Shown piece by piece: positions 36,140-51,003 of a DNA stretch of 64,000 nt. A model generated the notes under the pieces. The model was not told where the DNA came from. It saw nothing but the letters and a program-made list of their open reading frames with translations, and did no database searches. Source of the DNA: Octopus sinensis (taxonomy: Eukaryota); NCBI RefSeq assembly GCF_006345805.1, contig NC_043010.1, positions 6,076,001 through 6,140,000 on the forward strand, in the 5' to 3' direction. Positions within the stretch are counted from its first letter, which is position 1, and every line of letters begins with the position of its first letter. A program made the position numbers and the translations under genes.

Positions 36140-36450
36140 GGAGGCAAATGGCCTAGTGGTTAGAGCAGCGGACTTGCGGTTGAGGGATCGTAGGTTCGAA
36201 TCTCAGACCGGGCAATGAATGTGTTTATGAGCGGAACACCTAAGCTCCACGTGGTTCTGGCAGAAGGTAATGTCAAAACTTCTGCTGACTCTTTCACCAC
36301 AGCTCCCTCTCACTCTTTCCTCCTGCATCTTGCAGCTCGCCTGCGGCGGACTGGCGTCCCATCCATGTCGGGAACCTATACACCAAGGAAACCAGGAAAC
36401 CGGCCCTTACGGGGCAGGCATGGCTCAACAAGGAGCAAAAAAATTTTTTT
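36140..36450 (+). mobile_element. Family C SINE in intron 1 of gene 4, at the same site as in gene 3
   Basis: Same head, A/B boxes and flanks as 26590-26888. Confidence 0.85.
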
Positions 36451-37654
36451 AAATAGTTCCAAGAAGCTGCTGAGTCTCCATCGATCAAATTTTTTTAACA
36501 AGGCTATGGACAACATCCATCTATGACACAAGACTGTTGCCCATGTTTTCTGACTGTCTTATTCAACATATTTGACCAAGAGCCATGTTCTCCACAAAAA
36601 AAATTATTGATCACACAGCCATGTCTGAGTCCAATATGTTGATCACTAAGTTACTTCTCACTATGAAAATATCTTACCAAACTATTCCCATTCCCCAGAA
36701 TATCCATCATTTCATTGTTTCCATATCTTCCCTAAACCAATTCAGTCATAACTGAATACAGCAATGTCTCTGTGTGACATCCTTGGTGACAGAGACCCAT
36801 CTTTAAAATGACAATTTCATATATACTTGTTCTGAAGATATAATGCCATTGTATCAACTCTCCTGATATTACATATCTGAACACAAATCTAAAAGAGACA
36901 TTAAGAATGGCAACTAATTGATGTGTAACACCAGCGAACCACTGACCAAATGAAAGGCAATCAAACTAAGAACTTCACGTTCTTTTAAAAGTATTCCATG
37001 CCAGCATGGAAAATAGACGTTCAATGCTGATGATGACTTCTTGAATACCATAAGGTGCAGTATTTCTAATCCGAAGCGTGTGATTTTGATAGATATCTGG
37101 TTGCTATTTCTAGCAAGTCCAAGAATTCATTAAGGGTATTAATTTATTAAGAGTAACCTCCCTTACTTTCAAAACTACTTCATGGTCCAATTTCTCAGAT
37201 ATTGAATCTAACAATCTTGTGAGGACAAGATAGTCAAATATTTTGCAATGTAAAGTAAATACTTGATAAATTATTCAACTAACATTAACTAAAACAATTA
37301 TCATCAATACATCCTGTCTATTACATCCAAATCTATCAACTAATCCTGTGCTAGATGGTTAAACAGACTGTATTGTAAAAAAGAAAGAGAAAACAATATA
37401 TTTTTTAAAACAATGTAAATATTAAAATAATGCTAAACTCTGTTTGTGTTTTTGCTGAAAGTTCCATCTCAAGTATTTATTGAAGATATATATAAAATGT
37501 CTATAGAAAATGACATTGCTGTACAGGAAGTAATTAACAATCTGATTTTGCTATGGGTGTAGTTTTAGCAAAGATGGTAGTCAATGGGAAGTGAAATGAC
37601 CAAACATCAACAGAAACAATTTACACAGCAGAATAACTTTTAATAAATACTTAC

Positions 37655-37895
37655 CAACAGTTGTCAGTCGTTTATACACTTGTTACTGTATTATTTCAGT
37701 GTTCTGGTAACAAAGTTATAGTACTAGCAGAAGTTCTGAGTAGTTTGGTATGTGACAGTGTTATGTAGTTCTATCAAGCTGGTTGTGTAGTATGTAATGT
37801 GTGTTGTAGCCAATGACAAGCTGTCTATTATTCCAATGCAAGGAAACGGAAATACAGCCTCCAGTTCTTGCAGTAAATGATGGGCTGACTCACAA
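37655..37895 (-). promoter_or_regulatory. Promoter P4 plus non-coding exon 1 (about 37655-37737) of gene 4
   Basis: Donor GT 37654-37653, Inr-like A at 37737, TACATAACA 37767-37759, CCAAT 37810-37814, TGACTCA 37886-37892. Confidence 0.65.
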
Positions 37896-38410
37896 AATAT
37901 TTCACTTAGACACACTCATGTATAGATACATACATATACATGTGTGTGTGGTGAGAAGGTACCCAGATAAATGGATGGAAATATTAATAAGGTTTTAAGT
38001 AATGAAATATAAAATTAAAGTATATTAAAAATATATCATATTTTAATTTTATGGTACAAAAATTATTTTCTAACTTCAGTCAAAGTTGCAAAACTTTTTA
38101 TCTATATTTCCCTCTGGTTTTACAAAATTGTTTGCTTGAAACATCCTTAATAAATGTTATTAAATAATATTTTTAGAAATTAATTTCATCATAAAATTGT
38201 TGAGCTCATTTGAATATACGAAATTATGGCTCCAAATAATTGTGTTGAATAATGATTGTAATATGGTTTGTTCTTACAAGTGTTCCTATTACAGAAATAA
38301 TCCTTTTAAAATGGAAATAAAAATTTCTGAATTTCACATTTGAAACTTAACATAAATATTTATCAAAATAGAAGCCTATCCATTAAATGTCATTACAAAT
38401 GAAATTCCTT

Positions 38411-38469
<59 letters not shown>

Positions 38470-39399
38470 TATAAAATGTATCTAATTTTCTTTTATTCTT
38501 TTTGCCCACCTTTTTGGAAAGCTAATCAATAATGCATATTTTTTATATTGCTTTGAAATGATAATCTAAAGCCGAAAATTTAGAAACAGAGAAAAGTATT
38601 TTGTATACTTTGACTACATAACAAAAATACTTTCAAAGAGAAGAAATATTGCTTTTCCAGGGCTTAGATAAAACTGTTTCTTTTTAACTTTAAGTTAACT
38701 ATTGAAATTATGCAATCTTCAAAAGATTTTATAAGAAAATGTCCAGAAACTTTAAATGGAGAATTGTGTTATATATTTTTTAGTATGGATTCCCTATGTA
38801 TATATATATCCAGATATCTTCTATATATATATATATATATATATATGCTAGTGGATGTTAAACGATGATGATAATGATATATATATCCTGATAGTTTCAG
38901 TAATATACATGGTTATAAGTTTCTCAGTAAAAACTTTGCTAGATATCAACTGGTAGTTTGGGAGAATATTTCATTCTTAACTGTTCCAGTCATTCAAAAT
39001 ATTTTGATAATTCTGTCATATTTTCTTTTGATGATTCCTTGGTGTAAATATATTTACTTAGATTAAAGACTAAATAAGAAAAAAAATTATCTATTTTGGT
39101 GAAAATTTATCATAAATTTATAACTTGAAGAAATGTTATGACAATGTTATATAATCTCTTGATCAAATATTAATATTCTTTTCTATTCTAAGCACAAGGC
39201 CCGAAATTTTGAGGGAAGGGGCCAGTCGATTAGATCGATCACAGTCAATTTATCAACCCCAAAAGGATGAAAGTCGACCTCAGTGGAATTTAAAATCAGA
39301 ACGTAAAGACAGACGAAATACCACTAAAGCAATTAGAATTACCTTACATACTTCATTGAGATATTTGTAGTAATTGACAAGCACTACTTTTATATAAGA

Positions 39400-39780
39400 T
39401 TACCAGTATCGCCCGGCGTTGCTCAGGTTTGTAAGGGAAATAACTGTATAAGCATTTTTAGAGATGTAAAATATAATAGCCATCTCAATATGGCTAACCA
39501 CAAAGTGGGGTGTTACTGTAGCTTTTTACGTTCTGAGATTTAATAATAAATTTTTAGAGAGTTACTTCCCTTATATAGGCCAAAAATGCATTAAAAATGG
39601 GAAAAATTGATGGTAAATTTTTTTTTAAATCGTAGACGTGCGCTAATACCCAGAAGGGCTCGATATGAATCACGACTATAAGATACCCGGTTTTGGTTAA
39701 ACTGCACCGCAAAATGTGGGAGTAGTTAGGAATCTAAATCGTAGGAGACAGACACACAACTTCACTTTTATATATAAAGA
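39400..39780 (-). mobile_element. Non-autonomous Helitron-like element about 200 nt downstream of the gene 5 stop codon (probable 3' UTR)
   Basis: Minus strand A|TCTTTATATATAAAA ... hairpin ... GTAA|T (degenerate CTAG). Removing it restores TATATAAGA|TAAAA as seen in the other units, with no TSD. Confidence 0.82.
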
Positions 39781-39984
39781 TAAAATCGTTTTTGGTATTG
39801 TCTCTAGTAAGAGGAAGTAAAATTATGTAAGCTGCTAAAGAAGACTGGCAAATAATTGGCAAAATCATTTCTGGTAGAATATGATTTGAAATTAGTACAC
39901 AAATATAAGATACGGTCAGGAATTTTAGGCAGTCCTTGTTCTAGTTCTGCTGCTACCTGTCATTGGTTTCTAAATAGTGCAGCA

Positions 39985-40307
39985 TTAGTTTTGTGGTGCT
40001 GATAGAGGTGGTACTTGAGGTATTGAAGGTACCTTTGGTAATGTTGTTACTTTAGGTACAGCTGGCAGAAGCGGTTTACAGTTTGAAATAAAGGCACTTG
40101 TCATTGGCACCGTAGGTGATTGTTCAGTTGTATTAGATGTGGTCCCAGCTGTAGTGAAAGGTATTTGGTCGAGATGATAAGAAGGGCTCTTGTCAACATT
40201 TGGTTGGTAGGGATATCCATTGCTGTTATCTCCCCTTGATCTGTCGAGAGTGTGTTGAGGGTGGTTTCTCCTATTCCATGTATGATCACTTTGATAACGA
40301 CATAGAT
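39985..40307 (-). CDS. Pcdh: Protocadherin gene 5, terminal coding exon
   Basis: Acceptor AG 40309-40308, 323 nt, open to TAA 39987-39985. Confidence 0.8.
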
Positions 40308-41618
40308 CTGGAAGAATATCGATTTATTGGCTGTTTTTTTTTTCAGGCAAACTGAATAAAAGCAAACTGTTTTAAACAGGTTTATAGCAAGGAAAAATCA
40401 AAGCATTAGTATATTTTAACAAAAAAAAAAGTTATGCCCCAGCTATCCTGTCTAGAGTGAGTGCCATGCACTGTGATATCTTGGGATTCAAGGGTCCACA
40501 GCAATTTAATGTCTCATCCAAACATCTCAGGGATTTTCATGGAGTGGAGTAGATGTTTTCAAGGAATAACTTGACCTCTTGCTATCCACTGTCCCAGATG
40601 AAACTGTATTACAGCAGGAAACTCAATAGAGAGCAAACAGTGTTGGACTCCCTCCATCACTAAAAGCAAATCATGTAAGATTGGCCATTGAAAACATGAT
40701 TTCAGCCTTAGCACAGAATCGTATGAATAAATAAATGAAGTTCCGTTCAGGTGCCAGTCCCACTGTATGGCACTTTGGACAAGTGTCTTCTACTATAGCC
40801 TCGGGCCGACCAAAGCCTTGTGAGTGGATTTGGTAGACAGAAACTGAAAAGAAGCTCATCGTATATATGTATATGTGTGTGTGAGTGTTTGTGTGTCTGT
40901 GTTTGTCCCCCCAACATCGCTTGACAACCGATGCTGGTGTGTTTACATCCCTGTAACTTAGCAGTTCAGCAAAAGAGACTGATAGAATAACTACTAGGCT
41001 TACAAAGAATAACTCCTGGGTTCGATTTGCTCGACTAGAGGCGGTGCTCCAGCATGGCCACAGTCATATGACTGAAAAGAGTAAAAGAGTATGTGTACAA
41101 GCCATACAAAGACAAAATTTGCGTTCACTTTTATGGTAAAGGCTCTAGCATGGCCGTGTGATGAAGAATTTCAATTCTCAACCACATGATTATAGGTTTA
41201 GTCCTCTACAGCTGTCTCAGACAAGTCAAATTCTTTTGAACGATAATACAAACAGATAAAATTGTGGAATATAGTCAATTTTCTGATAGTATTTATCATT
41301 CAAAAGTAATAATTGTGTGTTTGTCTCCTGATGTTGATAGTTGTCAGCAAGCATTGGCATCACACATGCTGTAGAATTCATTTCTAAGTTTTCATGAAAG
41401 CATGTCCAGCAAATGGGAAAATATTACCTTGCTTGGAAACAGTTGGGGGCTGGTAACAAGAAGGCAAAAAACGGTCATGAAATATCTGCCCAAAGAATTC
41501 TATTCAACCCATGTCAGTCTTCCAAAGTGGATTCAAAATGATGATGATGATGGTAACTAAATATAGATCAATAGATTATCATACTATATTGAAGAAATAT
41601 TCATTCTTTCTAACTTAC

Positions 41619-41769
41619 CTGGCAGTTCCTCATAGTGACCAGCACTGCCGACACTCCATCCATGACCCCTATCAGTGTGAGATGACAACGTTGACATCTC
41701 ATTGAATTGGTCAGAACTGTTTAGTTCTCTGTAACCAGGAGACATACTTTCTTCTCTTGGAACAAACAT
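41619..41769 (-). CDS. Pcdh: Protocadherin gene 5, 151-nt cytoplasmic exon
   Basis: AG 41771-41770, GTAAGT from 41618, 151 nt. Confidence 0.88.
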
Positions 41770-42158
41770 CTAAATACAAATATATAGATTCAATGTATCA
41801 TCATAATGTTAAGGGCATTCCAAAAATATATATGCGTACAGAAACATCCACCTGTCCTCCATATCTACATATAGACACAAAAAAGTGCATCATAGTGTCC
41901 TCAATATTTCGAAATAGAAATACATAAAATTGAAATAAGACAAAATATTGCAAGTAAGTTATGACCATACTTAGAAAGTTTTCCTTGTCAATAGGAGTTG
42001 CAGTCAAACAAGAAAGGATATAATTTGCAATAAGAGCTAGAAATAAAAGATCCATGAATTTAAAGAAATCATATTTAATAAGAAATACCAGAACAAAATA
42101 TTACTCTGCAAACAACTCGTGATCAACCATTCAAACAACTGGTAATTAACTGCCTTAC

Positions 42159-44555
42159 CTGTTGATGCGGTTCAGAGAAAGATGGGTTACCCCAGCTATC
42201 ATATGATATAGTTCTGCAGTGAATATCGTCTCTGTCTATGATTGGTTGTTGGGGCTTCTTCAGATTTCTCTGCATTGTGTACTGAACTCCAGAAGGAACA
42301 CAGGTAGGATCAAATATATATTTTGATTGTACGTTTAATGCAGGTGTAACCTTGTGGTACATATCAACACTGTTGTTATAGTTGTTGTCTGTCTGCTTCA
42401 GTCTATGAACTATACAGATTGATATAGAGATCACTATGACAACTGATACGATCACAGCTGCTACAACAATAACAATCATCACATTCAATTGGAGACCATT
42501 ACTTGATTCTGTTGTTGTCTTTGAAGGGGTCTTAAATATCTTTGATGTGGTGTTACTAACTGTTAGAGTCAAAGACAAAGTTGTTGTCGATGACAGAACT
42601 GGACTGCCACTGTCTTTCACACCTAATTCCAGTTCATAGAATCCAGCATCATTTTGGTAAAGTGAGCGAGAGAAAGATAAGACACCAGAGTGATGGTTCA
42701 TTTGAAATAAGTGTTTCTCATTACCTCTGAGTATTTCATATGTGAGGAAGGCATTGTGTTGACTGTCTCTGTCAGAGGCCCTAACAACTGTGATATCATG
42801 GTCAGAGTGGGGATGGTAGTGGACATTAAGACTGAAAGGGTCAACATTAGGGAAACTGAAATAGGGAGCATTGTCATTTAAATCCATAACCTCAACTACA
42901 ACATTTGCTCTCTTCTCCAGTGATGGTGTTCCTTTATCTTTTACTAAAACCTTAAACTCATATAGGTTCTTTTCTTCTCTGTCTAGGGACTCAGTTGTGG
43001 AAATGAATCCCACATCAGATATCTGAAATGGTAGAATATCTTTTCCATTAGATAATAGAGAATAGGTTAATTGTCCTCCATCTCCAATATCTGGGTCTGT
43101 GGCGTTGACATATCCAACAGGGAAGTCTTTGTGTTCATTTTCATAGGTGAGAAACTTAAATATGTCCTGACTAAACTGAGGTTGTACATCATTTATGTCA
43201 GTGACCAGCACAGAAAACTGTTTCTCTACTTTCAATGGAGTTAAACCATTATCTTGACATTTAATGGTGAAATTAAAGCTCTTCTCACTCTCTCTATCTA
43301 TTTCACTCTTGACAACAACTTTGTATTTCTTTCCAGATAATGAGATTAGCTGAAGGTATCTATTTTGTAAATGACACTTCACTTGGCCATTTACTCCATT
43401 GTCATTGTCAATAACTTTGACATAAGCAACAAAACTGTGAATTTTAGTTCCTTCTGAGATGACAGCTGTGTTTCCAGTTGACTCTATAACAAATTTAAGA
43501 TCAATGTTTGGTGGATTGTTGAAATAACTGATTCCATTAATAAGAACAGTGACAGGTGAAGACAATGAAGGGCTACCATTATCTCTGGCTTCAATAAATA
43601 GCTCATAAATTTTACCAAAATTAAAGTCTTTCTTCAAAAATACTTCTCCTGTTGCTTCATCTAATTGAAAGCACTCTTTTATTATTTTGGGTGTTTTAGC
43701 ATTATTGAAGACATAAGAAATTCTTCCATTATCTCCTACATCTAAATCTGTAGCAGACAACCTTACAACAGGTTTGTTTACGTTATGTGTATCATTTATA
43801 GTGACATTGTAAATATTCTGGGAGAATACAGGGTAGTTATCGTTTTTATCTTCTACAAATATTTTTATATCCAATACACCTTCCTTTGACGGAGATCCTT
43901 CATCTTTTGCAATTAACTGAATATTGTAAGTGTCTTTTGTCTCACGGTCCAAGTTACCTTCCAAAATTAGTTGTAATAGATCAGTTCCATCTGGTTTTTT
44001 AGAAACAAACAGCTGAAATGGTATATCCACTTTCTCTTTGAGTTGGTAAGTTAGCTTAGAATTCTGAATGCTAATATCATTATCAATGGCATTTGGAAGT
44101 GTTTCTTTTGTTCCTTTTAATGCACTTTCATCATATTTTAAATGAAATTCTTTGTTTGGGAAACTAGGATAATTATCATTGACATCTTTTATCATAACTT
44201 TGATTTCTAATATCTTGAAGAAAGAATGACCATGCTGAACAGCTATTTCCAGTATTCTAAAACATTCCACATTATATTGACACAGAGATTCTGCATCCAA
44301 TATGGCAGCTGTGTGCAGTTGTCCTCCAGGTGTAACATTGAATAACTGAACACTTCCATCAGTGCTACCCTGGAGTATTTTAAATGTCAGTTTGTCGCTG
44401 TTGTCTTGAGACTGTATATCATCCAGTAAGTGTGTATCAGTGACAATATCTCCAATAAAGCTGTGTATATCATTGTTCTCTTTCACATAGTAGGTATGAT
44501 CCACGCACCAGCAGTTATGAACAAGAAACAACACCAACAATACACCTGGAAACAT
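42159..44555 (-). CDS. Pcdh: Protocadherin gene 5, large exon (799 codons; spliced protein about 956 aa)
   Basis: Six EC repeats plus TM. ATG 44555, acceptor AG 44564-44563, donor CAG|GTAAGG at 42159. Confidence 0.95.
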
Positions 44556-44837
44556 TTTCAATCTGAAATAGAATTTTGTATTGATATTAATTATTCAAGT
44601 TTTAATACTACAGAGAAATTCTAACTAGAAATTTTGTTACATAAACTTAATGTTTACACTCATTTTGATTTGTAGATTTTTAAGAAATTTGAAAGTGTGT
44701 ATAGAAATGTTCTCTTTTATTTGTTAGATATAATTGATGCATATTTAGTTGTTATACACCAAAACCAAGAAATAAGCCATTGATATTGCAGAGGACAGGT
44801 GTAAATTGTTCTCTGTTTTTTTTTCTCTACAACTTCA

Positions 44838-45235
44838 TCTTTATATATAAAAGTAAGGTTGTGTGTCTGTCTCCTACGATTTAGATTCCTAACTACTCCC
44901 ACATTTTGCAGTGCAGTTTAACCAAAACCGGGTATCTTATAGTCGTGATTCATATCGAGCCCTTCTGGGTATTAGCGTGTGTCTTCGATGAGTATACGAT
45001 TTTGAAAAGAATTTAGCATCATTTTTTTCCATTTTAATGCATTTTTTCGCCATTATATAAGGGAAGTAACTCTCTAAAAATGTCTATGATGAGTCAACGA
45101 TTTAAAAAAAAATTTACCATAATTTTTTTTCCATTTTTAATGCATTTTTTTGCTACCTTTTGGCTATAACTCTCTAAAAATGCTTATATAGTTATTTCCC
45201 TTACAAACCCGAGCAACGCCGGGCGATACTGCTAG
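44838..45235 (+). mobile_element. Non-autonomous Helitron-like element in intron 1 of gene 5, at the same site as in gene 4
   Basis: A|TC...hairpin...CTAG|T. Near-identical to 34666-35063, including flanks. Confidence 0.82.
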
Positions 45236-47311
45236 TGTGATATAAAACAAGAGGTATTTCATCACCGTTGCCCTCTTGTTAACAGCTTTATCAATTTACT
45301 TATACAAACTTACATATTCTACACATGCTTGGTAGCTCAGTTAAATAAATCATTGAAGCATTACCAATTTTTGCTGTATATGCTATAATATACAACTGAG
45401 TTCAAGTTGGAGTTTGAACTGGCATTGCATGTGTGAACTAAACGAAAGTAAACATGTGGTACAGCTGTGAACATGTGGTACAGCTGTGAACATGTGGCTT
45501 TGTTTATAAACCACATGTATGTCAAATTGGCTGCTGGTGAAATTGTAATGATGACTAAAACCACAATCCAAGTAATTTCTCTTATTTTTGCATTTGGTAA
45601 AGTAAACAAAGAGCTCTATCTAAAATTGTGAAGATACAGTGCTGGCTAAAATCTATAGATTTTTTTTTTGTGTTGTATACTGTAGCATTAAATATATAAG
45701 ATATAAATGATAATGCATGCACACACATGTATAGGAATGAGTTTGTAGATATGTGTGTGTGTGCATGCACATCATGTAAAGTGTTGTGACCATATTGCCT
45801 TAATAAAGAAAATTATAAGCGTGGTATATCAAGAAATTAACCTGACACTGAATTTATATAGAGAGCAGATTTAATATTTTTTTGTAATGTCTTCTTTCAG
45901 GTTGATATGGCTGTTTTGTCTGAGTTATATTATTTCCTTTTTACAAGTTACAGTAATTGTATTGTAGTCAAGGATATTTCTTAGGCTATATTGATCCTGA
46001 TATTTGAAGAACTTCACAAGACACAAAAAGTAGTCTGAGGCTCGAAAAGGAAATAAATGAAGTGGAACAAAATACCACCAACATACATATTGGTGTGAAA
46101 TAGATGGATAGTTCTAACAGACAGCTGCACAGTTTCCACTGGTCAAATTTATTTAACAAGGCTATGGACAACATCCATCTATGACACAAGACTGTTGCCC
46201 ATGTTTTCTGACTGTCTTATTCAACGTATTTGACCAAGAACCATGATCGCCTGAAAATAATTATTGATCACACAGCCATGACCGAGTCCAATATGTTGAT
46301 CACTGAGTTACTTCTTTCTATGAAAATATCTTACCAAACGATTCCCATTCCCCAGAATATCCATCATTTCATTGTTTCCATATCTTCCCTACACTGATAC
46401 AGTCATAACTGAATACAGCAATGTCTCTGTGTGACATCCTCGGTGACAAAGACTCATCTTTAAAATGACGATTTCATATACACTTGTTCTGAAGATATAA
46501 TGCCATTGCATCAACTCTCCTGATATTACATATCTGAACACGAATCTAAAAGAGACATTAAGAATGGCAACTAATTGATGTGTAACACCAGACAACCACT
46601 GACCAAATGAAAGGCAATCAACCTAAGAACTTCACGTTATTTTAAAAGTATTCCATGCCAGCATGGAAAATAGACGTTCAATGCTGATGATGATTTCTTG
46701 AATACCATAAGATGCAGTATTTCTAATCTGAAGCGTGTGATTTTGATAGATATCTGGTTGCTATTTCTAGCAAGTCCAAGAATTCATTAAGGGTATTAAT
46801 TTATAAAGAGTAACCTCCCTTACTTTCAAAACTACTTCATGGTCCAATTTCTCTAATGTTGAATCTAACAATCTTGTGAGAGAAAGATAGTCAAATATTT
46901 TGCAATGTAAAGTAAATACTGGATAAACTATTCAACTAACATTACCTAAACCAATTATCATCAATACATCCCGACTATTACCTCCAAATCTATCAATTAA
47001 TCCTATGCTAGATGGTTAAACTGACAGTATTGTAAAAAAGAGAGAGAAAACAATATATATTTTTTAAAACAATGTAAATATTAAAATAATTCTAAACTCT
47101 GTTTGTGTTTTGCTGAAACTTCCATCTCATTATTTATTGAAAATATATATAAAATGTCTATAGAAAATGACATTGCTGTACAGGAAGTAATTAACAATCT
47201 GATTTTGCTATGGGTGTAGTTTTAGCAAAGATGGTAGTCAATGGGAAGTGAAATGACCAAACATCAACAGAAACAATTTACACAGCAGAATAACTTTTAA
47301 TAAATACTTAC

Positions 47312-47552
47312 CAACAGTTGTTAGTGGTTTATACACTTGTTACTGTATTGTTTCAGTGTTCTGGTAACAAAGTTATAGAACTAGCAGAAGTTCTGAGTAG
47401 TTTGGTATGTGACAGTGTTATGTAGTTCTATCAAGTTGGTTTGTGTAGTATGTAATGTGTGTTGTAGCCAATGACAAGCTGTCTATTATTCCAGTGCAAG
47501 GAAACGGAAATACAGCCTCCAGTTCTTGCAGTAAATGATGGGCTGACTCACA
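47312..47552 (-). promoter_or_regulatory. Promoter P5 plus non-coding exon 1 (about 47312-47394) of gene 5
   Basis: Donor GT 47311-47310, Inr-like A at 47394, TACATAACA at -30, proximal CCAAT retained, TGACTCA 47544-47550. Confidence 0.65.
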
Positions 47553-48437
47553 AAATATTTCACTAAGACACACTCATGTATAGATACATACATATACATG
47601 TGTGTGTGGTGAGAAGGTACCCAACTAAATGGATGGAAATATTAATAAGGTTTTAAGTAATGAAATATAAAATTAAAGTATATTAAAAATATATCATATT
47701 TTAATTTTAATACATAAAAGTTCTTTTCTAACTTCAGTCAAAGTTGCAAAACTTTTTATCGTATATTTACGTCTGGTTTTATAAAATATTTGGCTTGAAA
47801 CATCCTTAATAAATGTTATTATATAATATTTTTAGAAATTAATTTCATCATAAAATTGTTGAACTCATTTGAAAATACGAAATCATGGCTCCAAATAATT
47901 GTGTTGAATAATTATTGCAATATGGTTTGTTCTTACAAGTGTTCCTATAACAGAACTAATTCTTTTAAAATGGAAATAAAAATTTGTAAATTTCACATTT
48001 GAAACTTAACATAAATATTTATCAAAATAGAAGCCTATCCATTAAATGTCATTACACATGGAATTCCTTTCTGATACATATATAAATATATAAAATGTAT
48101 CTAATTTTCTTTTATTCTTTTTGCCCACCTTTTTGGAAAGCTAATCAATAATGCATATTTTTTATATTGCTTTGAAATGGTAATCTAATGCTGAAAATTT
48201 AGAAACAGAGTAAAGTATTTTGTATACTGTGACTACATAACAAAAATACTTTTAAGGAGAAGAAATATTGCTTTTCCAGGGCTTAGATAAAACTGTTTCT
48301 TTTTAAGTTAGGTTAACTATTAAAATTATGCAATTTTCAATAGATTTCATAAGAAAATGTCCAGAAACTACAATGGAGAATTGTGTTATATATTTTTTAG
48401 TATGGATTCCCTATGTATATATATATCCAGATATCTT

Positions 48438-48477
<40 letters not shown>

Positions 48478-48506
48478 TAGTGGATGTTAAATGATGATGA
48501 TGATGA

Positions 48507-48573
<67 letters not shown>

Positions 48574-49208
48574 GACAGTTTCAGTAATATACATGGTTAT
48601 AAGTTTCTCAGTAAAAACTTTGGAAGATATCAACTGGTAGTTTGTGAAAATATTTCATTCTTAACTGTTCCAGTCATTCAAAATATTTTGATAATTCTGG
48701 TGAAAATTTATCTTAAATTTATAACTTTAGAAATGTTATGACAATGTTATATAATTTCTTGATAAAATATTAATATTCTTTTCTGCTCTAGGCACAAGGC
48801 CTGAAATTTGGGGGGAGGGGGCCAGTCGATTAGATCGATCCCAGTCAATTTATCAACCCCAAAAGGATGAAAGGCAAAGTACACTTCAGTGGAATTTGAA
48901 ATCAGAACGTCAAAACAGATGAATTGCTACAAAGCAATAACAATTACTTTCCATACTTTCATTTAGATATTTGTAGTAATATACAAGGTCTACTTTTATA
49001 TAAGATAAAATCATTTTTGGTATTGTCTCTAGTAAGGGGAAGTAAAATTATGTAAGCTGCTAAAGAAGACTGGCAAATAATTGGCAAAGTCATCTGTGGT
49101 AGAATATGATTTGAAATTAGTACACAAATATAAGATACGGTCAGGAATTTAGGCAGTCCTTGTTCTAGTTCTGCTGCTACCTGTCATTGGTTTCTAAATA
49201 GTGCAGCA

Positions 49209-49531
49209 TTAGTTCTGTGGTGCTGATAGAGGTGGTACTTGAGGTATTGAAGGTACCTTTGGTAATGTTGTTACTTTAGGTACAGCTGGTAGAAGCGGTT
49301 TACAGTTTGAAATAAAGGCACTTGTCATTGGCACCGTCGATGATGGTTCAGTTGTATTAGATGTGGTCCCAGCTGTAGTCAAAGGTATTTGGTCGAGATG
49401 ATAAGAAGGGTTCTTGTCAACATTTGGTTGGTAGGGATATCCATTGCTGTTATCTCCCCTTGATCTGTCGAGGGTGTGTTGAGGGTGGTTTCTCCTATTC
49501 CATGTATGATCACTTTGATAACGACATAGAT
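49209..49531 (-). CDS. Pcdh: Protocadherin gene 6, terminal coding exon
   Basis: Acceptor AG 49533-49532, 323 nt, TAA 49211-49209. Confidence 0.8.
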
Positions 49532-50852
49532 CTGGAAGAATATATCGATTTATTGGCTGTTTTTTTTTTCAGACATAATGACAAAAAGCAAACTGTTTTA
49601 AACAGGTTTATAGCAAGGAAAAATCAAAGCATTAGTATATTTTAACAAAAAAATAGCTATGCCCCAGCTATTATGTCTAGAGTGAGTGCCATGCACTGTG
49701 ATATCTTGGGATTCAAGGGTCCACAGCTATTTAATGTCTCGTCCAAAAATCTCAGGGATCTTCATGGAGTGGAGTAGATGTTTTCAAGGAATAACTTGAC
49801 CTCTTGCTATCCACTGTCCCAGATGAAACTGTATTACAGCAGGAAACTCAACAGAGAGCAACAGTGTTGGACTCCCTCCATCACTAAAAGCAAATCATGT
49901 AAGATTGGCCATTGAAAACATGATTTCGGCCTTAACACACAATCGTATAAATAAATAAATAAATAAAGTCCCGTTCAGGTGCCAGTCCCACTGCGTGGCA
50001 TCTTGGGTAAGTGTCTTCTATAGCCTCGGGCCAACCAAAGCCTTGTGAGTGGATTTGGTAGACGGAAACTGAAAAGAAGCCCGTCATATGTATGTATATG
50101 TATATATGTGTGTGTGTGTTTGTGTGTGTGTGTTTGTCACCCCAACATCGCTTGACAACCGGTGCTGGTGTGTTTACATCCCCGTAACTTAGCGGTTCGG
50201 CAAAAGACACTGATAGAATAAGTACTACGATTACAAAGAATAAATCCTGGGTTCGATTTGCTCGACTAAAGGTGGTGCTCCAGCATGGCCACAGTCATAT
50301 GACTGAAACAAGTAAAAGAGTATGTGTACAAGTTATACAAAGACAAAATTTGCCTTCACTTTTATAGTAAAGTCTCTAGCATGGCCGTGTGATGAAGAAT
50401 TTCACTTCTCAACCACATGATTATAGGTTTAGTCCTCTACTGCTGTCTCAGATAAGTCAAATTATTTTGAACGATAATACAAACAGATAAAAGGGTGGAA
50501 TACAGTCAATTTTCTGATAGTATTTATCATTCAAAAGTAATAATTGTGTGTTTGTCTCCTGATATTGATAGTTGTCAGCAAGCATTGGCATCACACATGC
50601 TGTAGAATTCATTTCTAAGTTTTCATGAAAGCATGTCCAGCAAAAGGGAAAATATTACCTTGCTTGGAAACAGTTGGGGGCTGGTGACAAGAAGGCAAAA
50701 ACGGTCATGAAATATCTGCCTCAAAGAATTCTATTCAACCCATGTTAGTATTCCAAAGTGGATTAAAAAGGATGATGATGATGATGGTAACTAAATATAG
50801 ACCAACAGATTATCATACTATATTGAAGAAATATTCATTTTTTCTAACTTAC

Positions 50853-51003
50853 CTGGCAGTTCCTCATAGTGTCCAGCACTGCCGACACTCCATCCATGAC
50901 CCCTATCAGTGCGAGATGACAATGTTGACATCTCACTGAATTGGTCAGAACTGTTTAGTTCTCTGTAACCTGGAGACATACTCTCTTCTCTTGGAACAAA
51001 TAT
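50853..51003 (-). CDS. Pcdh: Protocadherin gene 6, 151-nt cytoplasmic exon
   Basis: AG 51005-51004, GTAAGT from 50852, 151 nt. Confidence 0.88.
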
